Virus record (IMG/VR): IMGVR_UViG_3300028171_000090
Span: 64,001-128,000 of that record
Length of the DNA: 64,000 nucleotides
Source of the DNA: a virus
Taxonomy: Duplodnaviria; Caudoviricetes
Strand: one strand, 5' to 3'
Shown here: one piece after another, positions 47,952 through 54,240 of the stretch
Numbering within the stretch: position 1 is the first letter of the stretch
Layout of the letters: the number at the start of each line of letters is the position of its first letter
Translations under genes and position numbers: made by a program
The notes under the pieces: model-generated
The model's input: the letters and a program-made list of their open reading frames with translations, nothing else
Databases searched by the model: none
What the model was told of the DNA's origin: nothing

Positions 47952-48572
47952 ATGACAAAGTTTCACGAAAACGAACTGGCAGTAGAATTAAAGAATTTTG
48001 GGTTTAAAGGAGACTATCGTTTCATTATTGAACGTAAAGATGTCTCTAAAATGAGTGAATGGTCTGGTGCATTTGGTGTTAATAGTACTGCAAATGATGT
48101 TGTAGACATCAACGATGTAGCTACAGGGGAAAGACGCTATTTAGATGCATTTACGTTTATGAGACTATATTGGAGTCGATTAAATGACCATAACCCAGGA
48201 ATCGATTTCTGTTATGATAAAGGATTCGATGTAACAAAGGTAATGAGTATTGGAGTAGATGTACCGGAATATACTCTAGCTGACGTAAACATTGTTGGTT
48301 CTACAATAGTTGAAGTAGATCGAAATGTTATAGTGAGCGAATCAGATAACACACCTGACGTAACCGATATCAGATTGAATTTGGAAGACCCTAAATTCTT
48401 AATGTTTGTATTTGAATGGGGTACTGAACACACATTAGCACTACATTACTTACAGTATATCGTACATGCTAAAACAGTAACATCTGATGATAAGAATCTA
48501 TTATTAATTGTCGTACCAAATCAAGAAGTAACGTACAACAGAATCAGTCGCATCGGAAAGGTGGAACAATAA
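47952..48572 (+). CDS. hypothetical protein (family E)
   Basis: 206-aa ORF, SD GAGGGAG. Confidence 0.75.
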   Translation: MTKFHENELAVELKNFGFKGDYRFIIERKDVSKMSEWSGAFGVNSTANDVVDINDVATGERRYLDAFTFMRLYWSRLNDHNPGIDFCYDKGFDVTKVMSIGVDVPEYTLADVNIVGSTIVEVDRNVIVSESDNTPDVTDIRLNLEDPKFLMFVFEWGTEHTLALHYLQYIVHAKTVTSDDKNLLLIVVPNQEVTYNRISRIGKVEQ

Positions 48573-48573
48573 C

Positions 48574-48993
48574 ATGGAAAATACAGAAAACATATATAGC
48601 TTTGATATTTCAACAAACTTAACAATAGCAGGTGTTTCAGAGGAGTATTTAGAAGCATTGCCTCAACATCCAGAAGTGTATACAGATACAGCGTTAGAAA
48701 CAATGTGCTTACGAAATGGAATTCCTATATCAAATGTTATTTCACTGGAGGGTGAGGTAACGATTGGTAAGAATAAACACGTTACATTTAGAGCGTTAAC
48801 AAAAGGTGCATATCAACGATTCATCAAAATTAACTGGGGTAGTCAATCTTCAATGTACCATGACTTTACAGTTGATATGGATGAATGCTATCATCTAACT
48901 ACAAGACGTGCAACACAGGAGCATCCTTATAATGAAACTTATATTGTAATCAATAATTATGCTCAAGTATTAAATTCAATTAATATTAGATAA
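48574..48993 (+). CDS. hypothetical protein (family E, shorter)
   Basis: 139-aa ORF. Confidence 0.7.
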   Translation: MENTENIYSFDISTNLTIAGVSEEYLEALPQHPEVYTDTALETMCLRNGIPISNVISLEGEVTIGKNKHVTFRALTKGAYQRFIKINWGSQSSMYHDFTVDMDECYHLTTRRATQEHPYNETYIVINNYAQVLNSINIR

Positions 48994-49052
48994 ATAAAAA
49001 ATATAAACGGGTGTATCCAAAAGGTACACCCTTAAAAAGGGGAAAGGCTCAA

Positions 49053-49709
49053 ATGAGAAACGGATATTTAAAAAGACACTTTGATACACATAAAATTAGC
49101 TTATTGTCGGATAGTGCATCGGAAGATTTTAAAATACACATACCACATAAAGTAATTACAGCTATGCTAAGTGAATATGTGGAAGGTGTAAAAATTATTG
49201 ATAGTGTGAAAGCTCAATCCGTATCTATTACCTATATAGAGAATGGTAAGGTATGGAACAAAGAATATTATACACCACTAGATGTGCTGGAGGATGTCAT
49301 GCGTTTACGGAATGATGCGCTTTCAGAAGATATGTACGAGAACGGGATAAGTACGTACAACTACATTGAAGTAAGTGGGACGTTAGATGAATCTGGTGGA
49401 TGCTTTACTATTCAAGAAGAAGCTATTTGCTCAGACACATTATCTATTTTATACTATGTCAATTGCGGTATCGATAAAGAATATATTGATGCAACGAAAC
49501 CATGGGCTACATATGTGAATGATATGTTACCAACGTTTAGTTATGCAATGTATTTAGCAGGGGATAGAAAATGGGATGTCGGTGAATTAGTCACTGGATT
49601 AGAAGGTAGAGCAACACATCCAGATGAATCTGATGAGGAATATGCTAATTTAAGCACGGGGGAGTTTGACGAATTATTCGGTCCAAGCGGAAGCAAATGG
49701 AAACGATAA
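49053..49709 (+). CDS. family D paralogue
   Basis: IPHKVITAML, SVSITY, VSGT...GGCFTI...DTLSILY. Confidence 0.75.
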   Translation: MRNGYLKRHFDTHKISLLSDSASEDFKIHIPHKVITAMLSEYVEGVKIIDSVKAQSVSITYIENGKVWNKEYYTPLDVLEDVMRLRNDALSEDMYENGISTYNYIEVSGTLDESGGCFTIQEEAICSDTLSILYYVNCGIDKEYIDATKPWATYVNDMLPTFSYAMYLAGDRKWDVGELVTGLEGRATHPDESDEEYANLSTGEFDELFGPSGSKWKR

Positions 49710-49756
49710 GATAAAAAGTATATTAAAAAAATATACCTTAGAGGGAGACAAGTACG

Positions 49757-50260
49757 ATGGGAACACAGCCACATTTATTAAAATTGCTTTCTTCAAGTAC
49801 AGACTTAAAGGGGTTAGTATTAACTATTGCTCACGATGAGATAATTGCTATGATCCGTCGTGAGATTGCAGGTCATGTAAGGCTTACAGAATATGATAAT
49901 ACTAAGTCAGTCACAATTGCATATAATGATGGCGAATCAGGGGAGATTACTCATTGCTTTACTGGTCCATTAGAAGTATTAGAGTTTATAAAAGCAATGG
50001 AAACAAAGAACAATGAATTTGTCGATAACTACCGCTTTGATTTAATTGGAGCCAATGGTACATTCCAACCTATGAAAGAAGAGTTTGTCATTCATAGTTT
50101 AGGTACAGATAGCCTGTCTATTGCCTATCGTGCAAAAGATGGGGTAGCTAGTATCAAAGGACTTAAACCAAATCTATTTACTTCTAGACGATTAGGTACA
50201 GGAGGATTTAGAAACTTCCATAACATAATCGTTGATGCGGCAACCGATAAAGATTTGTAA
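49757..50260 (+). CDS. family D paralogue
   Basis: IAHDEIIAMI, SVTIAY, ANGT...EEFVI...DSLSIAY. Confidence 0.75.
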   Translation: MGTQPHLLKLLSSSTDLKGLVLTIAHDEIIAMIRREIAGHVRLTEYDNTKSVTIAYNDGESGEITHCFTGPLEVLEFIKAMETKNNEFVDNYRFDLIGANGTFQPMKEEFVIHSLGTDSLSIAYRAKDGVASIKGLKPNLFTSRRLGTGGFRNFHNIIVDAATDKDL

Positions 50261-50267
50261 TAAATGA

Positions 50268-50301
50268 AAAGGAAGCGAATTAACGCTTCCTTTCTTTTTT
50301 T
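50268..50301 (+). terminator. intrinsic terminator
   Basis: AAAGGAAGCG-AATTAA-CGCTTCCTTT then T-tract. Confidence 0.85.
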
Positions 50302-50336
50302 GTCTATTTTACTCTTACATTACCCAACATTATTAT

Positions 50337-50436
50337 AATCGGAAAATATTCCGAATTTCCTCCTCAGGTATATTATTGTACTTAGACTATGGACAAAGAA
50401 AGTGGTATAGGCGCTCAGCCTATACCACTCCTTTTT
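50337..50436 (+). ncRNA. candidate late small RNA 1 with anti-SD tract
   Basis: AACA-TTATTA-TA promoter (50326-50337), 5' hairpin UCGGAA-AAUA-UUCCGA, AUUUCCUCCUCAG, terminator at 50401-50436, no SD-led ORF. Confidence 0.4.
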
Positions 50437-50437
50437 A
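50396..50437. terminator. bidirectional intrinsic terminator
   Basis: AGTGGTATAGGC-GCTCA-GCCTATACCACT with T-tracts on both strands. Confidence 0.8.
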
Positions 50438-51529
50438 TCTCGAATACATAACCTCATAAACCGTACCTAATCTGTCACGTGCAATTCCTTTATCTTTATC
50501 GAATTGAATACGTCCAACAGAGTCTCTATCTGGTAACGGATGATCATCTAACACTTCTCCTAAAGCGTTAACCGCTTCGAACTCCCATCTTTCTGATGGT
50601 AACCATTTACGGATAACAATCTTAATACCAGTATCACCTTCATAATGGAATGCTTGCTCATTGTCTGTTAAGACAATATCTTCAGCCTCAACGAGCTGAT
50701 CGAAGCGTGCATCAATCATATCATCGAAATCCTCTTCACCCAAGTCTTCCAATGCAATTTCATCTTCAGGAATACCGAAGTTATAATTCGGGTCTTCTTC
50801 CAATTTCTTTTTCTTCTTCTTTTTCTTCGTTGTAACGGTAGGTGTATCAGTATCCATTAATTGAGCAAATGCTTGGTTGATTAAGAATTCATCACTAGCA
50901 CCAGCTCCACCCGCAGCGTTACCTTCTTTCGCTTCTCTAGCCGCACGTTTAAGCTCAAGGTCAGAGATACTTTTATTAACAGATGTAATCTCTTTTACGA
51001 TACTTAACTTTGTATTTACTAGTGAAGCTAAGTTAGATGTTTGGTTCGTAATAGCTGTTAAGTAGCCTCTATAATGAGGTGTCTTTTTCAGCATATCTAA
51101 GAATGCTTGACCATCTTCTGTCATATGATTAATATTTTTAAGTAGGTCGCGTAGCATCATAATGGAGCCATCGAAACGTTGTTCGTAGAAGTCTTCTGCA
51201 CTCTTATCTGCTTTTGTTGCAGGTACAGGAGTTCCACCACCACCTTCTCCAAATATATCTTTATTTGTTCCACTCATCTCGTAAAGTGCTGATATAGCAC
51301 TTTGACGTTTCTTACCGCTTTTTTTCTTCTTCGATGGTTTCTCTTTCTTTTTTTTCTCTTTTTCTTTTTTATCTTCGTGCATTTTATCTCGTATACGAGT
51401 ACTAGCCATTAGGCTATTTAAGATTGCTAAGTCCTTATCATTTTCTTCTTTATACACGCTTGGTATAGAAGTAGGTAACTTTTGTGATTTGGGTTCTACA
51501 CGTTTTACCTTTGCTATTCTTAATTTCAT
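50435..51529 (-). CDS. late hypothetical protein with central coiled coil (possible T4 gp16-like small terminase)
   Basis: N-terminal MKLRIAKVKRVEP, K-rich and acidic low-complexity tracts, helical hairpin EDGQAFLDMLKK...NTKLSIVKEI. Confidence 0.8.
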   Translation of the reverse strand: MKLRIAKVKRVEPKSQKLPTSIPSVYKEENDKDLAILNSLMASTRIRDKMHEDKKEKEKKKKEKPSKKKKSGKKRQSAISALYEMSGTNKDIFGEGGGGTPVPATKADKSAEDFYEQRFDGSIMMLRDLLKNINHMTEDGQAFLDMLKKTPHYRGYLTAITNQTSNLASLVNTKLSIVKEITSVNKSISDLELKRAAREAKEGNAAGGAGASDEFLINQAFAQLMDTDTPTVTTKKKKKKKKLEEDPNYNFGIPEDEIALEDLGEEDFDDMIDARFDQLVEAEDIVLTDNEQAFHYEGDTGIKIVIRKWLPSERWEFEAVNALGEVLDDHPLPDRDSVGRIQFDKDKGIARDRLGTVYEVMYSR

Positions 51530-51551
51530 ATATATTCCTCCTCTACGTATA

Positions 51552-51563
51552 TAATATATTGTT
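51552..51563 (-). promoter_or_regulatory. putative late promoter
   Basis: AACA-ATATAT-TA on the minus strand. Confidence 0.6.
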
Positions 51564-51588
51564 TTAAGTTTAACATTCGTCTTAAATA

Positions 51589-51605
51589 TATATTATCTAA
51601 GTGAA
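51589..51605 (+). promoter_or_regulatory. putative early promoter
   Basis: TATATTATCTAAGTGAA upstream of the polymerase. Confidence 0.65.
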
Positions 51606-51675
51606 AGAGAAAAGACTTGAAATTGAAAAGGAGGGAAACACTTCATTAACCGAGAATAAAGGGAGGAATTTTAAT

Positions 51676-53547
51676 ATGGATATGACCAAACTACTGGGAC
51701 TGCCAGAAGGCGGGGATTACATCTTATTAAATCAGATGTACCACAAGCCTAAACGTGATGGAGATGATATGACTCCAGACGCTATCTCACTAATTATTAA
51801 AAACATAAAGACGGGTGAGAAGCAATTAAAGATTATTGAGAATCCACAGATTGAAGCATATGTGGCAAAGGATGATGTCCAAATAGACTATCCTATGATT
51901 TGTATAGAAGCCGATAAAGTTAATAAGGTTGATTTAAGTTACCGTTATGTCTTGAAAGATATAGCTGGTCTAATTGGTGAGCAAGCCGTCAACCAGTATT
52001 GGCAGATGATTAAAGAACGACGTTCTTCTGAATTAAAGAACTTCCATAAATGGAATCGTATCTTCTCATCTGATGTAGATGTAGAGGATTTCTATAAGTT
52101 TAAATGTCTAGAACACTTTGGAACAAAAGAGAAGTTTAAGTTAACTAAGGGGTTCCTAGATATAGAGGCAGATATCTATGCAGGAAACATTGATATGAAG
52201 AATGTAGAAGGTTCTGCTCCTATTAATGCTGTAACACTTGTGGACAATGATAAGAAACAATCGTTCACTCTATTATTACGTAACTCAGAGAATCCATTGA
52301 TTGCGGAATTCGAGCAAGACATTCCAGGATTCATTGAAGAGATTGAAGCTGAGTTCGAACCAGAATTCGGTAAACTTGAGTACCATATTATCATGTGTGA
52401 TACTGAGATAGAATTAATCAGAAAGTTATTCCAGATTATTAATATTATCCGTGTAGACTTTATGATGGTATGGAACCTCGGGTTCGATTTTCAGTACATT
52501 ATGCACCGTATCGAACGATTAGGAATTGACCCAGAAGACATCATGACGGATGAAGCATTCAAGTATAAAGAGTGTTGGTACTATGCAGATAAACGTAACT
52601 TTAAAATTAACCGTAAAGGTGATTATGCAACACTAACTAGCTTTACAGTATGGGTAGACCAAATGATTAACTATGCAGCGATTCGTAAATCGGGTGCAGA
52701 GTTAGATAGCTATAAGTTAGATTACATAGGTGATAGAGAAGTAGGAGCTAAGAAGTTAGAATATACGGGTACAGCAAACTTCAGAAACTTACCTTATGTA
52801 GATTACAAGATGTTTGTACGATACAATATTCGAGATGTACTTATTCAGATGAAAATCGAAAATAAATTAAATGATATCGAGTTACTGTTTAATAAAGCAT
52901 ATGACTCTAGTACACGATTCAATAAAACATATAAAGAAACTGTGTTCCTGAGAAATAAAGCAGCAATGGAGTTCCAGGAGCAAGGATTAGTTATGGGTAA
53001 TAATCATAATATTACCTATGGTGAAAGTTCAGGAGATAGTGAGAACCAAGAGCGCTTCGAGGGTGCCGTAGTTGGTGATCCGAAGTTAAACTTGCCTACA
53101 GGTATGAATATCTTGAAGAACTATCAATCACGAAATGTATTTAATAACGTAATGGACTTTGACTATAGTTCACTATATCCATCGATTATCATGATATTCA
53201 ACATATTTGCTACGACGCAGCTGGGTCGAGTCATTATGGATAATCGTAACATTACGAAACGAGAAGTTATCACTGATATGGACAAGTATGATAGAGGTGG
53301 TAAGTTCATTGAAGATTTAGAATTAAACGAACCAGTTCAATTCATGCATCGTTGGATGGGTATGCCATCTGCTGAAGATATGCTTGAAGAGTTCGGACAT
53401 GAGCTTGGGGAACGTGCTATACGTAAGGCTCGTGTACAATATGTATCTAAAGTTAAGAAAGATGACAAGAAGAAGAATAAGAAAGGTGTCGAAATACGTA
53501 AAGTAAAAGCGACCAGACTATCGGAGAAGGTGAAGGTTACATGGTAG
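51676..53547 (+). CDS. family B DNA polymerase, N-terminal part (3'-5' exonuclease + motif A) of a split PolB
   Basis: FLDIEAD (ExoI), VWNLGFDFQYI (ExoII), SYKLD, YNIRDV (ExoIII), DFDYSSLYPSII (motif A); ends without motifs B/C. Confidence 0.9.
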   Translation: MDMTKLLGLPEGGDYILLNQMYHKPKRDGDDMTPDAISLIIKNIKTGEKQLKIIENPQIEAYVAKDDVQIDYPMICIEADKVNKVDLSYRYVLKDIAGLIGEQAVNQYWQMIKERRSSELKNFHKWNRIFSSDVDVEDFYKFKCLEHFGTKEKFKLTKGFLDIEADIYAGNIDMKNVEGSAPINAVTLVDNDKKQSFTLLLRNSENPLIAEFEQDIPGFIEEIEAEFEPEFGKLEYHIIMCDTEIELIRKLFQIINIIRVDFMMVWNLGFDFQYIMHRIERLGIDPEDIMTDEAFKYKECWYYADKRNFKINRKGDYATLTSFTVWVDQMINYAAIRKSGAELDSYKLDYIGDREVGAKKLEYTGTANFRNLPYVDYKMFVRYNIRDVLIQMKIENKLNDIELLFNKAYDSSTRFNKTYKETVFLRNKAAMEFQEQGLVMGNNHNITYGESSGDSENQERFEGAVVGDPKLNLPTGMNILKNYQSRNVFNNVMDFDYSSLYPSIIMIFNIFATTQLGRVIMDNRNITKREVITDMDKYDRGGKFIEDLELNEPVQFMHRWMGMPSAEDMLEEFGHELGERAIRKARVQYVSKVKKDDKKKNKKGVEIRKVKATRLSEKVKVTW

Positions 53548-54182
53548 AGTTTAACCCGAAAGTATTAAACGCAATGAATCAAGATTGTAAAAACTTGCGT
53601 AAAGACAGTGGATACATTATCAAAGATGGTAAAGTAATGTCTGCGGTAATAGATGTATTTGGAGATGAAACAGTCGGAGTATCAGTCGTTACTCCGATTT
53701 CCTCCGAATATAAAGAATTATTCAGTCTACTAGATGGTATTTGTGTAGATGGAAAAGAACTCTTTGGCTTGTATAAAGTAGTGAAACAGCCAGAGATTCT
53801 AGATGTGACCAGTAAGTACATTAGACTAGGTAATGACGAAGAATCAATTGAATTATCTAGACGAAAGAAAGACTTGAAACCTATCGTACAGAAGGTGAAT
53901 AAATATAATAATATACCTACGGTATCGGATTCAGGTACAGTTATCTCAGGGGATATGTCAGAAGTAGCTTATGAAATTAATGAAACAAAATCAGTACATA
54001 CCGTTCAGATAGGAAGTATGATAGTCCGAGTGAGTAAGAAGATGATTAAGGGATATAAGAAAAATGATAAAGTATACGTGACTTTTCATCAGACAGATGA
54101 ACCTCATCTATTTAAAGCAATAATAGATGTACATAAAAAACACTATATTATATCAAATATGTATCTCATAATTAACTTCTAA
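53541..54182 (+). CDS. putative sliding clamp (T4 gp45-like pattern), overlapping the polymerase stop
   Basis: KNLRKDSGYIIKDGKVMS and ICVDGKELFGLYKVV...IRLG...SIEL recall the gp45 N-domain; about 210 aa with two similar alpha/beta halves. Confidence 0.4.
   Translation: MVEFNPKVLNAMNQDCKNLRKDSGYIIKDGKVMSAVIDVFGDETVGVSVVTPISSEYKELFSLLDGICVDGKELFGLYKVVKQPEILDVTSKYIRLGNDEESIELSRRKKDLKPIVQKVNKYNNIPTVSDSGTVISGDMSEVAYEINETKSVHTVQIGSMIVRVSKKMIKGYKKNDKVYVTFHQTDEPHLFKAIIDVHKKHYIISNMYLIINF
54139..54150 (+). promoter_or_regulatory. putative late promoter for the portal
   Basis: AACA-CTATAT-TA inside the 3' end of 53541-54182. Confidence 0.45.
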
Positions 54183-54203
54183 AAACTCAAAGGGGAGGTG
54201 TAG

Positions 54204-54240
54204 AAGACTTATGGGTAAAACCATAAGTCTTTATTTTTTT
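54204..54240 (+). terminator. terminator-like hairpin overlapping the portal start codon
   Basis: AAGACTTATGG-GTAAAA-CCATAAGTCTT then TATTTTTTT; ATG 54211 lies in the 5' arm. Confidence 0.6.

Noticed and set aside
50388-50450. 20-codon + strand mini-ORF (MDKESGIG...) inside sRNA candidate 1
   Set aside because: No SD, and it runs through the terminator
51310-51390. Long T/C homopolymer runs as slippage or phase-variation sites
   Set aside because: Explained by Lys/Glu-rich low-complexity coding on the minus strand; the reading frame is intact
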